Origin: Chiloscyllium plagiosum
Lineage: Eukaryota
Assembly: GCF_004010195.1 (NCBI RefSeq)
Contig: NC_057753.1
Coordinates: forward strand, 6,025,961-6,073,984
DNA: 48,024 nt
Direction: 5' to 3'
The notes under the pieces are model-generated. The model did not search any database. It had not been told where the DNA came from and worked only from the letters and a program-made list of their open reading frames with translations. Below are positions 11,141-25,347 of this stretch, one piece after another. The position numbers and the translations under genes are program-made. The stretch's first letter is position 1. Each line of letters opens with the position of its first letter.

Positions 11141-13115
11141 CTTGGTGACAGTCCATATAACAGTAGAGGAGGTGATGGACATATTAGAATGCATGAAATT
11201 AGATAAGTGTTTTGGTCCGAATCAGATATATTAAAGAACACTGCAAGAGGCTAGAGAAGAATTGTGGGCTCAATGCCTGGCAATTTTGTGTCATCGTTAG
11301 ACATCGGTTACGTCTCAGAAGACTGGAGGGTAGTAAATCTTCTGCCACTATTCAAGAAGGGCTGCAAAGAAAAATCTGGGACCTTTAGATCATTGAGCCA
11401 GCAACTTGAGAAGATTCTGAGAAATAATGTATACTTCCATAAGGGAAGACAGAGTGGTATTAAGATAAGTGAGCGTGGCTTTGTGCATGGAAAAATATGC
11501 CTCATAAATTTGTTAGTGTTCTTTGATGAAGTGACTAGGAAGGTTGATGAGTGCAGGACGCTAGATGTGGTCTATATGAATTTCAAAAAGGCCTTTGATA
11601 AGGTTCCACATGGTAGAAACTCTTGAAGGTTAAATCGCATGGCATCGTGGAGAAGCGGCAAATTGGATACACAATTAGCTTGATCGTAGGAAGCAGAGGG
11701 CAATAATGGAAAGATACATGCCGAACTGGAGGCCTCTAACTTGTGGAGTGCCTCAAGGGCGGTGCTGGGCCCATTGCTGTTTGTTATCCACAACAATAAT
11801 GTTGATGAAAATGTAAAATGCATGATTAGAAAGTTTGCAGATGACACTAAAATATGGTGGACTGTGAGGAAGATTATCAGAAATTGTTCAGAATCTTGTT
11901 CAGAAGCTGGGGACATGGATCGATAAATGTAAAATTCAGTTTAATATAAATACGTGCAAGGTCTTGTATTTTGGAAAGTCAAATCAAAGTAGGAGTTTCG
12001 TGAATGGTGGAACCTTAAAAAGTGTAGCGGCACAGAGAGATCTTGACAATCAGATGTACAGTTCGCTGAAACTGGAGTTATATGTCAACAGGACAGTGGA
12101 GAAATCTTTTGGCACATTAACTTGCATCAGTAAGAGCATTGAATATAGAAGTTGGGAAGTTATGTTGCAGTTGTGCAGGACTTTGGTGAGACCGCATTTG
12201 GAGTACTGTGTTCATTTTTGTTTAACTTGCTGTAAGGAGGATGGTACTAAACTGGAAAGAGTGCAGAAGAAATCTACCAAAACGTTGCCAGGACTCAACC
12301 GTCTGAGTAACAGGGAGAGTGTGGACAAGCTAGGGCCTTTTTCTTTAGTGAGTAGGAGTCAGAGGGGGAATCTTATGGGCGGCATAATAGCGCAGTTATA
12401 GGGTGACACGGTGGCTCAGTGCTTAGCAATGCTGCTTCACAGCGCCAGGACATCGGTTCACTCGGGCGACTGTCTGGGTGCAGTTTCAGCATTGTCCCCA
12501 TGTCTGCATGGGTTTCCTCTGGGCCTCTATTTATCTCCCACAATCCAAAGCTGTGCAAGTTAGGTTAATTGGCTGTGCTAATTTGCCCATAGTGTTCAGG
12601 GATGCGTGTGTTAAGTGCATTAGTCAGGGGTAAATATAAAGTAATAGTGTAAGGAATAGGACTCGGTGTTTTACTGTTTGGAGGGTTGGTGGAGGCTTAT
12701 TGTGCCAAATGGCTGTTTCCACAAAATAGGAATTCTATGAAATGAATTCCAAGAAATGAGTTGTATAAGATCTTAACTGGCATAGATATGGTGTATCCAC
12801 TCAACATATTTCTCAGGTTTGGAGAATGGAGGACTATAGCCCGGTGAGTGGACAAAGAATCAAAGGGAATCTTCGGGGCAACTTTTTACACAGAGGTTGG
12901 AACGCACATGGAATGAGCTGCCAGTGAAAGGGTTTGAGGCGGTGCATTAAAAACATTTAAAAGCCATTTGGACAAATACGTGGATAGGAATGGTTTGTTA
13001 GAATATAGGCCAATTGCAGGGAAATGGTGTAAGAGTGAATGGATGCTTAGATTGGCATGGATATGTTTGAGCCAAAGAACCTTTCTCCATGTTGGGGAAA
13101 TCTATGACTCTATGA
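11140..13115 (+). mobile_element. Decayed CR1 LINE RT to 3' end, interrupted by a SINE
   Basis: EDWRVVNLLPLFKKG, YMNFKKAFDKVPH, KFADDTK, LVRPHLEYCVHF; tail ctatgactctatga at about 13102-13115. Confidence 0.88.
12401..12740 (+). mobile_element. HE1-like tRNA-derived SINE
   Basis: Head gggtgacacggtggctcagtgcttagcaatgctgcttcacagcgccagg (A-box-like), core cccacaatccaaag...gttaggttaattggctgtgctaa, tail ggctgtttccac...attctatga. Confidence 0.88.
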
Positions 13116-16100
13116 GTTAGCTACTTTTGCTATAGGTGATTTCAATACACGAGCTTTAACGTTGCTCACAAGTTTGGTGTGAGGCTCTATATCAGATGCT
13201 ATGAGTAATTCTATGTAAACCGCATCAACAGCATTGCCCTGATTAAGCACTTCCGTTTGTGAAAATCGCCATCTCTGCAAAAGCAACCAGCCTTCAGTGT
13301 CCTTTCCTAGGAAGTAGTGCAGTCTCTGTCACTGAGTTTATTCAATTTGGCATTAGATCCCTTTTCAGTTGTTAGCGCCATCAATGACTATGGTAGCAGG
13401 CAGGAAAATTAGACCGAGATCATTGAATGGTAGAGGAGGTTCAAAGGCCAAATTTCCAATAAAGACTTCAGATTTTTAATTGATTCTAAGCAGTGGCTCA
13501 GATCTGAACAACTGATTATGCGTAACCATTCTCACTCCTAATTCTCTATACTGACGGTTTTCCATTCCCCTGGCATGCATTTTGTTGTGTAAGTTAAGCT
13601 AGCATTGGGAAACTCCAATTACGAAAATGAGCAAACTGATACTTTTAAAAATAGTCTCGTAGCTGATTGTAAACTTCAAAACTTTACCATCTTAAAATAA
13701 AATGCCTTTTTTACTCTTCAAACAATAGTTCGAATCTTGATTTAAAATACTACTATATCATTTGTTCTCCTAATTGCTGGCTATTACCAGAAGTTATAAT
13801 TTGTTATTTGAACAAATGCGGTTCAAAGTGGCCATGATTACCATTATTTCTTACTTTTTCACCTGAAGTATCAGAATATGACTTCCTTTCTTTTGCAGCA
13901 ACATCTGAAGTGGTCCAAATTCTATTTAATCTAACAGTTTTAAATAATTAAACATTGGGCCCATTTCTCTTGCCAATATATCTTTGTTACTTCAAGAGGC
14001 AACTATCCCCAGATCGAGATACATTTAAAGAGCACTGAAACATCATTTTACAGGCATGACATATGTCAGACCATATCTGAATGCACCTACACACAAGTAC
14101 AGAATATATGAGTAGAGTGTAAGTCAATCAAAATATCCGCAAATGCAATCTGTTGTATTGGGTTACATGTACAACATCATAGGAAATGAGGAAGTTGGAT
14201 AAAAGTCATTGTGGAAGATGGATAACCCTCCTCTAAAAAGTAGTATTCCCTGTGCGAGAAGCATTGTCCCTCGTTGGTCATTTCTCACGTTGTAATTCTC
14301 CAGTGCAGTCAATAGTATCGGCAATAGAGACGAATTTGTGAGTTAAATCAGTGTACGGTAGTTTGGCAGCCAACACACTGTGGGAGATACATAGTTAACT
14401 TTCAGTCAGCTCTGTCATTTTAACTGCACATGCGTAAATTGCAGCTATTTGACTACTCAATTTTCTGCGTTTTACTTCCAGCAATGATCAATTCTTGAAA
14501 ATGCATGTACTACCACGTGGACATGTTTGATGCAATCGGATTTAACAGAAGCAGAAACATTTATAAAATGATATTGATTGAAAGACTAATATGGACTAGA
14601 ATAGAAGATGGCGCTATTTTTGAAAGAGAATGATAAAGCAGAACACCTTTAAAATGCGCAAGCATTAATTCACCTGCTGTCCAAATATGTCCACCAATTA
14701 GATCTCTATCTTGAATTCATGCAATTGTGACAGTGACAGAATCAATTAATGCGTTTTTTAATTTTAAAAAATGCAGACAGCAGCTGAACATGAATTGTAA
14801 GTTTGCCCACCAGTTCCTCGATGTACTGTGATGTAGCATAATTGCACTGGAATCCAATCACGCTATTCCTAACAATTTAATCGACAATTGGATTGAAAAA
14901 ATTGGCATTTTGCTTCTCAGTGGCAAAAACGCCAGTATTGCAGAGGGCAGATAATCATGCGAGTAGGTTATTGTATCTGTCTATTCTGTTTGAGCCCAAT
15001 TTGGAATTTGGCGGAATCATATCTGTTGTCCTGTCTGCAGTCTAAAATCTGTTTTTGTTTTGGATAGTGCAGAGTCTGTGCAATATTTTCCTTGCCACTT
15101 CCTTCAGAGTCTATTTCAGGTACTGCATGGTGAACTTATGCTTCTTGCCTGACATTTTATCTCGACGATCGTTTTCCTTTGCCAGAAATGTCGGATGCCT
15201 TGGTGGGGTATTTTCCCATTCTCTATCCCTGTGATTACGGTGACTACCTCTGGTGTTGTGGTGGATCATGGCTTGCTTGTGAGCTGCTGGACTTTGATGG
15301 TGTTGCCTGTTTTGGCCCAGCTGGTGTTTGGTACATGGGTAGAATTGTGCCGCTGCCTTAGACTGCGTTCTGCTCCAGGGTTCCTACAGTTATGACTGCA
15401 GGAGGCAGCAGTTTGCCCAGCCAATGCCTTAAGGATGTGTCTAGCAAAATGTGAAAAGAGGGGAGAAACGAGAACCTGTTGAACAATATTGTGTTGAGAG
15501 GGGTGACTACATCATGTCCAGAGAGGAGCTGTAGCATTAAGCAGCCTTTCATACAATATTGTCCGTCAGCTGCTGTGCCTCACGCAATGACGTGCAGTGG
15601 AGGCAGGGAACCTGGCCTGGGGTCTGCTGGTTTGGGGCACCGTGAGAAATGCCTGAGTATTGTGTGGATAGGATGTAGGTTGAAAGCTGGAAAGCTGGGG
15701 AAGACCTTAAATATATATTTCGAAGAAAATAGGAGAATGGAGGGAGAGGGAATAACTGAGAATCGTGTTAAAATAGCAGCAGTCTGGTCAAGAAATGTCT
15801 TCATGTAATCATTACAAAAAGAAAGAAGTCTGTAGTGCACGGCAAGATTTCAGGACTTAATGCCTTAATGTTAAAGATAAAAGAGTGACCTTGAACGTGA
15901 GAATCATATTAGCTAACATCTGAAAGCTCACGTATATGTGGGAATTTGAGATTAGTTTGAAAGTTACAAATGACATGATGAATAAAGCAACGAAGCCATA
16001 TTGGAGAATTACATGTCTGTGGGGTACAGCTGTCATTAGGACCAGGTAAATTCGTTTTTGCCCTTGATGAGCCTCAGTCAAAGAAACTTTCACATGTAAA

Positions 16101-17149
16101 GCCAAAGGAACATTTACATTGTTGCATTGTTAAAAATGACTGATCTGAGACAGTGACAGCATTCACGTGTCTGGATGTCAGAAATTCACATCTTGTCCCA
16201 GATGCGGGACAATTAGAAGAGTTGACAATAGTGGAGAGGCTGAAAGAGACACCATAGTAACGTTTGGAGAGCTGGCTTCAGTTCACATCGTCGTGGATAC
16301 CTTGAGAGAGAATGGACTGTTTCTGTGTATCCTCAATAATAAAGAAAATGCACGTTACCAGGAAACAAAATCGAGGTGGACCCCCATTAACGATTGTCAC
16401 CATAACTTGGTGAACAACTTGTAGTAGTCTGTTAACATATCTAGCAGATTCCAATGCTGTTTCATAATACAAGCTTTGACTGTGAGAAACCATTTCCCTT
16501 TCTGATGTCCGGAGAATTATTTTCAAGCATGCGACGTTGCATATATTACTGCGGCAAACTGAAAACCAACTTCCACATCAGAAACTTGAGCCTATAGTTC
16601 AGTGAAATTACTGGACAATTCGAGCTGGCTGCCTCAAGAGCAGAAACTCGAATGGAAATCATAACTGAAATAGAATAGTAGTGTCATACAACACAGAAAC
16701 GGACACTTAGATTAAATATATATGTGGTATTTGAGCAATAACTACATCCATCAGCTTATTATGTATCTCCAATATAAAATGTCCTTCAATTATCATATTC
16801 CAGTGGACATTGACATTTCTTCAAATGTTAGCAATTCTGTTCTTCTTTAATTGGCCCAGAGAAGCATGTGCCAGATTGCCTTTTTAAACGATTACACTCC
16901 AAATGATAACAGAGCACAGACAGTGGTGCTGTTAGGGAAGGAGGTATATTACGTTGACGGTCGGGCATTTAAGAGCAGGAATACATATCAAAGTTATACA
17001 TGTGACTGATCTCAAGCAAGTTGGAATCAAGAGTGGGTGTAATCTTAAATTTTCTGTCTTTTATGTCGTGTCTAGAAGATTGTGACTTAACAAAGCTTAA
17101 TACAGAATGCTTCAGACACTTTTGAAGTTTATTGGTGCAGAAACGAGGA

Positions 17150-18350
17150 CTCGATTAGAAGTATCAAAATTGTAATTACGCAGGTAATTTCAATGGCAAA
17201 CTCCAAAAAGATCAGGTCACCGTTCTGAAATATGAAATTAACGTGATAATAGATATTTATTAAAGAATGACAAAAGGGAGCACATTGAAAATCGATTTAT
17301 CACGTTGAACAACAATTTTGGTACGTTTGAGAATGTTATCTTAAGTATAGACAAACGAAAACCAGTGCATGCGATGTATTTAGATTTTCATAGGCCTTTA
17401 ACTGTGATCACACGCCATATTTTCTAACTATAATTAGTATGCATGTGATTGGGATATGCATACGACTGTGAATTGATTTGAACGGAAATGGATGATAGAA
17501 GCAAAAAAGATGTCATTCTCGCGATACAGGATTGCTACCGGTGATGTACCACATAGTTTCGTCCGTGGTCCATAAGTGTTCATACTATATATAAATTATT
17601 TCCGTGTGCTGACAAATTGTAATAATAGAAAACTTGCTGATGACATCTCAATAATTATTAAGAGGATGTAAGAAACATTCAAGCTACTCAGTGAGTAGAA
17701 CATGATCTGTAGAACTTAGCATGAAAATACCACAAAATGGTGGAAACCTTACACTGACCAAGAATTCAAAATGCAGATTGATGCATATATCAGGGATAAT
17801 TCTGTCCTTGGGGAGAGGGAAGTTGGAGGGTAAATTTTCATTTGAGGATTTTCATCATTCGATTGGCAAGTATACTGTTGGAGAAATATGTTATTGGTGT
17901 GATTGATGAGCAGACAAAAGTGGCTTGGGGAATCTTTTACTTCGAATGTTAAAAGGTAAGAATCAGGCCATTTGTTCAGTGATATCACTGGGAAATACAA
18001 AGGATATTTTGTTCATTGTGGAAAATAGTATGTGGGTAGCAGAAAGCTACACTACTCTATGCGAAACTAATTTAGAGTATGCCCTTGAAAAAAAGGGCAG
18101 GCAGAATAATATGCTTCGTGATCAAGAGAACAGTTGCATATGCAGATGGATAAACCTGGAGAAATGGTTTGAAAATTGCTGCAAGCAACAAGATATGAGT
18201 AAATGTAGCCCATGTAGTCTTTGGTGTTAATGAAATTACCTGAGTGATAGTTGGAAACCCTTTCGTCAAGGAGTTATGAAACAGATTAAGCAGATTTGAA
18301 TGTCGAGGCCTGGGAAGGACATGAGAAAAGAACGTCCCAGATATTCTACA
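17150..18350 (+). mobile_element. Very old CR1-like RT remnant
   Basis: gcgatgtatttagattttcataggccttt (YLDFxKAF-like), ggtgatgtaccacat (GVPQG-like) and cttgctgatgacatct (FADDT-like), in the expected order. Confidence 0.6.
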
Positions 18351-19183
18351 AATTAGGGATATATGTTTCCAGCCCATGCAATATTCATGTAAATCGAATA
18401 AATTCCATTAATGAAAGGAAGTTAAATGGTAAGTTTTTTTTGTAAATGTAAGAACACTGAAGGAAGAAGAGAATTGTGCTGGGTGGATAATAGTTTCGTT
18501 ATCTTTCACGAATGAAATTGAGAACAATCAGACCATTCTATTGGTTATGGAGATTGGTTGCTAATTGCAAATAGGCGCAGGTTACTGCTAATGGGCTAGG
18601 AACTCTCAGAGTGACAGAGAATATCAGAAGTAACAACTGTGGAGCTTGGAAAGAAATAAATAGGTAGTGTTCACAAAACATGTCAACATGTTGACGAGAA
18701 CCAAACTAAAATATTCCATAACCAGAAACTCTTCCTCTGTGAACTAAATACAATGTTCCTTATTCAGCCATATGCACACGTAATTAAGGCATTTTCAAAC
18801 GTATCTTTGCACACTAAATAAAATAAAAGTACATTGCATTCAATGTCTCAAATGTGATAAAAATAAACAACACAAATACCTGGAAAACATAGTAGCGAAA
18901 ATGGTTTTAGATAGGTGCAGACATGTGAAGTACTCCCATCATTTTCATTTTTATTTCAGTGCAAATGTAATCTCACTGAGCTCAAACTGTTCACTCTCAG
19001 TGGATATTTCAGCCAATGTACAGTCATTTTGTAAGTAAACATGCTGAATAGAATCATGTCAACAAGGAATATTTCAGCGTAACACAGGTGACAGAACATA
19101 ACTATGCTGAACATAAACTGTGAAAGCAGGATGTAACCATGTGGATCTGGGCTTATCAAAACCATATCCAACCACGTTGAATG

Positions 19184-19399
19184 AGATCAGATTCCCTACA
19201 GTGTGGAAACAGGCCCTTCGGCCCAACAAGTCCACACCGACCCTCTGAAGAGTAACCCATCCAGACCAATTCCCCTCTAACTAATGTACCTAAACACTAC
19301 AGGCAATTTAGCATGGCCAATTCACCTGACCTGCACATCTTTGGACTGTGGGAGGAAACGAGAGCACCCGGAGGAAACCCATTGAGCCACCGTGCTGCC
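19184..19399 (-). mobile_element. HE1-like SINE with internal deletion
   Basis: gattccctacagtgtggaaacaggcccttcggcccaac...gcacatctttggactgtgggaggaaac, joined directly to the extreme head (tgagccaccgtgctgcc). Most of the tRNA-like region is missing. Confidence 0.88.
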
Positions 19400-20720
19400 T
19401 CCGAATCACATGCACTAAGTTGCTGAATTGAACTAGTCCTGTCAACACTCGATGCAAATGTGTGAAACTTGTGCAACAAATTGTGTCAATCAAAAGCGTA
19501 AATGAACTGCACTCAACAATTTTATACTGCCTGTTATAGCTGTTGAAACAGATTAGTGCGTATTGGATTTTAAACCATAAATTGAAATCTATATATAATC
19601 TGTCACTTTAAATTCCACGTTGTGTATTATTAATTATTTCAAATGGGATCTTCGCATTGCAGGCTTCAATTTTGTCGCTAATTATATGATTCACCACGAT
19701 TAGATCTATTTTTCCCATATTTAAAACCATTGAATGCTCACATCACAAGTAAAATGTCATCCTTAGACGTACTTCATTCAATTTTCTATATGCACCCCAC
19801 ACCAAACAAAGCATTCCATTTCGGTATTAACGTTTTAACGATGGGACAATTATTTAGTTCTCACCCCCATCTTAATGTCTTCCTTTCGTATATTTAATAT
19901 TGCCATGCTGGATGTATTATCACATCCATACGGCAACACAGTTTTATAATTGTTGCGTCATTAGCATTGTGGTTGCATTATCAATTAAACCACCAGTTCA
20001 GTTGTATTTCATCAAGGTAGGAAATCTCTTGGTGTATTACCATGTATTTTTAACAAGGAAACTAACATGCATTGTGATATTGGCATTTGCGCTTGCATAA
20101 CATTCCAACAAATGAATAATTGATACGGAATTTTGAAATATTGACTAATTTCCTCTGGAATCCAATGCTTGAAGTTATTGAATTCAGTATATTCCTTTCA
20201 AAAATATGAGCAATACAGTGGTGACAGTTTTATGAAAGATTCATATTTTTTCTCAACGCTCAGAATATTGCATTCATATGTTCAATCTCCAGCGCTTCCT
20301 GCATCACTCCAGTTCCTATCCGCCAACTCGTTTACTGCAAAGGTTCGTCTATGGCCATTCATCGTCCAGTCGTCCATCTGTTCCGTGTGACAATCAATAT
20401 CCTAAGACCCTTATGCTGAAATATTTTGTGCACGTTGCATGAGGCTACACAATTTATGGCTTCTCTCACAAAACAGACACAACAATTTTACCAAATACCC
20501 ATTGTATGGCAGATACAATTATCGATGTTTACAGTCCAGTGCATTGTTGAATTGGTGACAGGCGCTTCTGTGAATTGAACATTCGCATCTTGTTTGCCAG
20601 ATTGACACTAAAGATGAAGGTAATTCTCAGAAGCTGTGCTCACAATCATTAATGCGATTTCACCAACATTGCCTCCAAAAAGACAGAATGAGCTGTCATT
20701 TATTTGCTTCTGTTTATTTC

Positions 20721-21920
20721 ATAGAACAAAGGACATAGAACATCACCGCACAATACAGACCCTTCGGCCCTCGATGTTGCTCCGACTTGCTCCAAACTGA
20801 AGCCCATCTTACCTAAACTATACCATTATCATACATATGTTTAGACCATGACCATTTAAATACCCTTAAAGTTGGCGAGTCTCTTCTAGTTGCAGGCAGG
20901 GCGTTTGACGCCCTTTTTACTCTCAGAGTAAAGAAACTACCTCTGACATCTGTCCTACATCTATCACCCATCAATTCAACGCTGTCCCCACATGCTATCC
21001 ATCACCATCTGATGAAGGAGGTTCTCATTGCTCACGCTATCTCATCGTCTGGTCATCTCATATGTCTCTAGTAAGTCACCACTTGACATTCTTCACCGTA
21101 GCGACAACAGTTTCTAGTCCCTCAGACTTTGCTAAAGGAAATTTCCTCCATACCAAGAAACATTCTGGAAAATCTCCTCTGCACCCTTTCAAGTGCTTCT
21201 ACAACCTTCTGATAATGTTGTAACCAGAACTTTAAGCAATACTCGAAGTGCTGCCACACTAGAGTTTTGTACAGCGGCAACACGACCTTTTGGCTCCAAG
21301 TATTACTACCGACACCAATCAAATGTAACACAATGTACGCCTTCCAAATAGCCCTACCAATCTGGGTGGTAACTTTCAGGGATCTATGTAAATCTCACCA
21401 TTAGCCCAGTACGCTGTACTCGAAGTGCTGCCACACTAGAGTTTTGTACAGCGGCAACACGACCTTTTGGCTCCAAGTATTACTACCGACACCAATCAAA
21501 TGTAACACAATGTACGCCTTCCAAACAGCCCTACCAATCTGGGTGGTAACTTTCAGGGATCTATGTAAATCTTACCATTAGCCCAGTACGCTGTATTCCT
21601 GTTATCATTTCCAATGTGAATCACCCCACACCTTTCACCTTTCCGAATTAAACTTCATTTGCCATGTCTCAGACTGGCTCTGCAGCTTATCTATGCCCCT
21701 CTGCAACCTGCAACATCCTTCGCCACTGTCCACAATTCCAGCGAACTTAGTGCCATTTGCAAATGTACTTACCCATCCTTCTACGACCTCATCCAGGTCA
21801 TTTATGAAAATGACAAACAGCAGTGACCTCAGAATAGATCCTTGCGCTATATCACTATTGACTGAACTCAAGGGACAACATTTCCCAATAACTGCGATCC
21901 TGTGTTTGCTTTCAACTAGC
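20721..21920 (-). mobile_element. CR1 LINE 3' portion containing an internal tandem duplication
   Basis: AQGSILRSLLFVIFINDLD...FANGTKF; LYKTLVWQHFEYCLKFW; tail atagaacaaaggacatagaac. Confidence 0.9.
21240..21593. repeat. Tandem duplication, 2 x 177 bp
   Basis: 21240-21416 and 21417-21593 are identical except at two positions (aaatagcc/aaacagcc and atctcacc/atcttacc). Confidence 0.95.
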
Positions 21921-21922
21921 TA

Positions 21923-22570
21923 ATTTGGAAGGAGCAACACGGATAAAGTGTACTCGGCTAATGGTAAAATTCCTGGAAGTGTAATTGAGCAGGGAAAATT
22001 CGGTGTCCATGTACATTGATTCATGAAAGTTGCCAGCCCGTTTGATAGGGTTATTAAGAAGGTATACAGTTTGTTAGGTTTCATTGGTAGAGTGATTGAG
22101 TTGCGGAGCCACGAGGTCATAGTGCAGCTGTACAAACCTCTGCTGCGGCCACAGAAAGGCTGAGGGACTTGAGGCTGTTTTCATTAGAGAGAAGAAGGTT
22201 GAGAGGTGACTTAATTGAGATATATAAGATAATCAGAGGGATAGATAGGGTGGGCAGTGAAAACCTTTTTCCTCAGATGGTGATGGCCAGAACGAGGGGA
22301 CATAGCTTTAAATTGTGGGGTGACAGATGTAGAGCAGATATCAGAGGTCGTTTCTTTACTCAGTGAGTAATATGGGCCTGGAATGAATTGCCTGCAACAG
22401 TAGTAGACTTACCAATTTTAAATATATTTGAAAGGCAATTAGATAAACATATGGATGAAACTGAAATAGTGTAGGATAGATAGTCTACGGTATGGCTCCA
22501 CAGGTCAGGCCAACATCGAGGGACAAAAGGCCTGTACTGCACTGTAATGTTCTATGTTTTATGCTCTATC
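21923..22570 (+). mobile_element. CR1 LINE 3' portion, head-to-head with the preceding copy
   Basis: LFSLERRRLRGDLIEIYKIIRGIDRV...TRGHSFKL; tail ggcctgtactgcactgtaatgttctatgttttatgctctat. Confidence 0.9.
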
Positions 22571-25036
22571 TCATAATATAATGATTATACCAGGAGCAAT
22601 CCAAACGCCTGTTGTAATGTTCGAGAGAGAAGAGGTCAAATTCTACGAGGGTAGCTGCAGAAAAACACACCAAATAAGTGAAGGATCTAATGTTAAAAAC
22701 AATGTTAGCATAAGGAATAACAATCATCGGCTGGAATATAAAACAGAAACATCTCTTGAGTTTAGTATTTTCCTCCAAAGCAGGTTGTTTGCAATTGCTC
22801 CCTAGTCTCGCCTACCTATATCCAGGATGATGGTTACCTCTACACTCTCATGAAGAATGGCTACCGAATCAACCAGTTGCTTTAAGATTTCTTCAAGCTC
22901 GAATTTGCCGGGCAAGGATAGTAGTTGATCACAGCATCATTGGGGTATGCAACAAAAAACTGATTTTGTCAGAGATGAGTGAACAATGGAAAACGTGAAA
23001 GCTTCTGTGAATTATGGAAATCTGAAACAAAACAGTATAGGCATTCTGGAAATATTCCGTAGACCACAGAGAGAGAATTACATACAGTTTTAGACCGTTG
23101 ACTGAATTAAAGATCTAACATGAAATTACTCTCAGAAACAGGAGATATCTTCACGTTATTCTAGTTCAATAATTATTAAAGAACAAGTCTTCTATTTCAT
23201 TACCTTCTGCAGCTGATCCAGTTTTTATGATGCTACTAGTTGAAAACGGACACGGCTAATTAGCGCTATCTTAATGTTAGCATTTGTGCAAAATGGGCTA
23301 GTCCTAGTCATGTGTGATTGTTCCTGATTTTTAGGAGTATATCGTCCAGGGTTCGTTGTGGCCACCATGAGATATTTAATATGTGAATTTATCGGCCTCT
23401 TGTATCACCTTAAATATAATCTTCATACATTTTTTCTCAAAATTGAATGTTCCAGAGGCGAAAGTCGTAGTCTCATTTTGCTCATGTTTAATACGGGATG
23501 CCATCTGGTAAGAGTGTGTATGCGTGATAGTTATGTGGCAACATTCTGCAAGGCAAATTCACAGACATCAGCATACTTTAATTATAGGAAAACAATCAAA
23601 TCTATTTTCGATACAGTGTCTTTAGATGATGCAGGTCTTCACCATGTTGATGTCAGTGATTCTTAAATTTTTACTACCAATGTCGTAAGGGAAGCGAGGA
23701 GCTGTTGTTATATGTTCATTATTTAGTCTTCGATGTCTATTTTGATGTTGAATTAACACAATGGTTGATGGCTGTTCAAAAGTGTCCTCACAATTGTGAT
23801 AAGAGTGTTGCAGAGCATGAGCGTGAACACAGTCCTCTATTTCAAATCCATCCATTCATACATCTATCCAGCTATGTATATGTTCACCGAACTGTCTATG
23901 GACTGATCTCCCCATCTATCTGGGCAACATATCTGCTCAACTAAGAAATACAGCGTATTGAATGTCCTCTGCTCTTAAAAGACTTTCGACTTGAAGTGGC
24001 ATTTTCCTTTCTTTCATGGTTGTTGCTGGACGTGTTGAATGTTTCCAGCATGCACATTTCTACTACAGCGCCAGGCATGCATATCGCTGACATATAGTCT
24101 CAGTGATAGTGCCAGTGAATCAAGCAAAGACATTAAAAATGCTAAATTCACTTTTGCCCTAGCAAAACGTAGGGCTGCTTTCGTATTCACAGGAATCTAC
24201 AAATAGTGGCTTAAACTGAAAGTCGCTACAGTTCAAGCTAAGTGAGAGCTAAGATGGAATGTCATTTGTGGTAACCACAGTTGGTGCAATAATTGAACCT
24301 ATGCTGTTGGGGTGACGTTCAGCAATTAGGGTGTCCAGCAAGCTGACCTACCCAAGCTCAGTTTCCTTTTATTTTATTGAGATTAACGACATTTCTTTTC
24401 CGTAACGTTTATCAATAAACTTCAGGATATTGCTTTTTAGATGTGCATAGTCAATTGGACGTTATTGTGTTCAATGCACCTATACCATATTTCAGGTGAT
24501 TCATTGAATAATAAATTCAATAGATGCAATTTGTAATGTTCAATATGGAGAAATCGTTGCAATATTTCGTTTACAGAAACATTTCTGGTTGGAAAAAAAC
24601 GAAGTTGACTGAACATTCAAGATGAAATTCATCAACCAATATGGCATATGCAGATTCGATTTTCGAAATGCAATTAGCATTAAAAAATAATTAGGCGAAG
24701 AACTTCCACTGTACAGACCCTCCTTACAGTTCTTACAACAGAGTGCATCAGGCTTGGTGAAGATTTGAATGGCCAAATCAATGGGCTACTTAGAAAATAA
24801 TTTTGATCAATAGCAACTTCATGTGAAAATAGACTGTTAAGTTGTTTGTCCAGTAACTTCACTTCACAGTAATGATAATATAATTGAATCGATTTGTTCA
24901 ATGTCTTTAACTAATTGTGAAGCCATCTAATTGTGACCCTAGTGGGTTAACATCAAAAACAATTATGGATTTTTGAATCAAATAAAACAGATTGCATGCA
25001 GAATGACTAAGAGACATCACCATCTGTGACACAACA

Positions 25037-25106
25037 ATGCATGCTCAGCCAAGAGGTCTCACATATGCTATTTTTTACACAGCACTTGCAGCTATTGCGA
25101 TCCCAG
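25037..25106 (+). CDS. Exon 1 of a class A GPCR (probable G-protein coupled receptor 139-like): MHAQPRGLTYAIFYTALAAIAIP+G
   Basis: ATG at 25037 has A at -3 (acaacaATGc) and an in-frame upstream stop (TGA at 25004). It encodes a hydrophobic first half of TM1 and ends at a canonical donor CCAG|gtaaag (gt at 25107). The phase-1 junction G|TT (Val) joins in frame to exon 2, giving ...IAIP-V-NVVAVVIL with the conserved TM1 Asn. Confidence 0.85.
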
Positions 25107-25347
25107 GTAAAGTACCATAGCTTATACAACAAAATTTTGATGTAATGTGAGGCTTGCATGATTTGTTGGTTTGTCCCCATCTGTGAGATTTCTGCAGGTT
25201 CTGAACGCCATAGTTTGAAAAGATAAATAATCAAGATGTTTCAAATAGTTGACAGAATTCGGTAGCATAACATGTTGATTTCTATTAACTTTGGGATGTC
25301 ATCCTGCATTATTTTTAAGTTGTATATTGAAAATAAATCATGAACGA

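Noticed and set aside
12401..12470. tRNA gene
   Set aside because: It is the tRNA-derived head of a SINE with no complete cloverleaf, and it continues into the SINE core and tail.
15179..16526. Cluster of 60-109 aa ORFs as exons of a second gene
   Set aside because: No recognisable domains, overlapping on both strands, and no consistent splice-site chain found.
22830..22885. LYTLMKNGYR as a Penelope NGY-motif remnant
   Set aside because: Too short and degenerate to support without an alignment.
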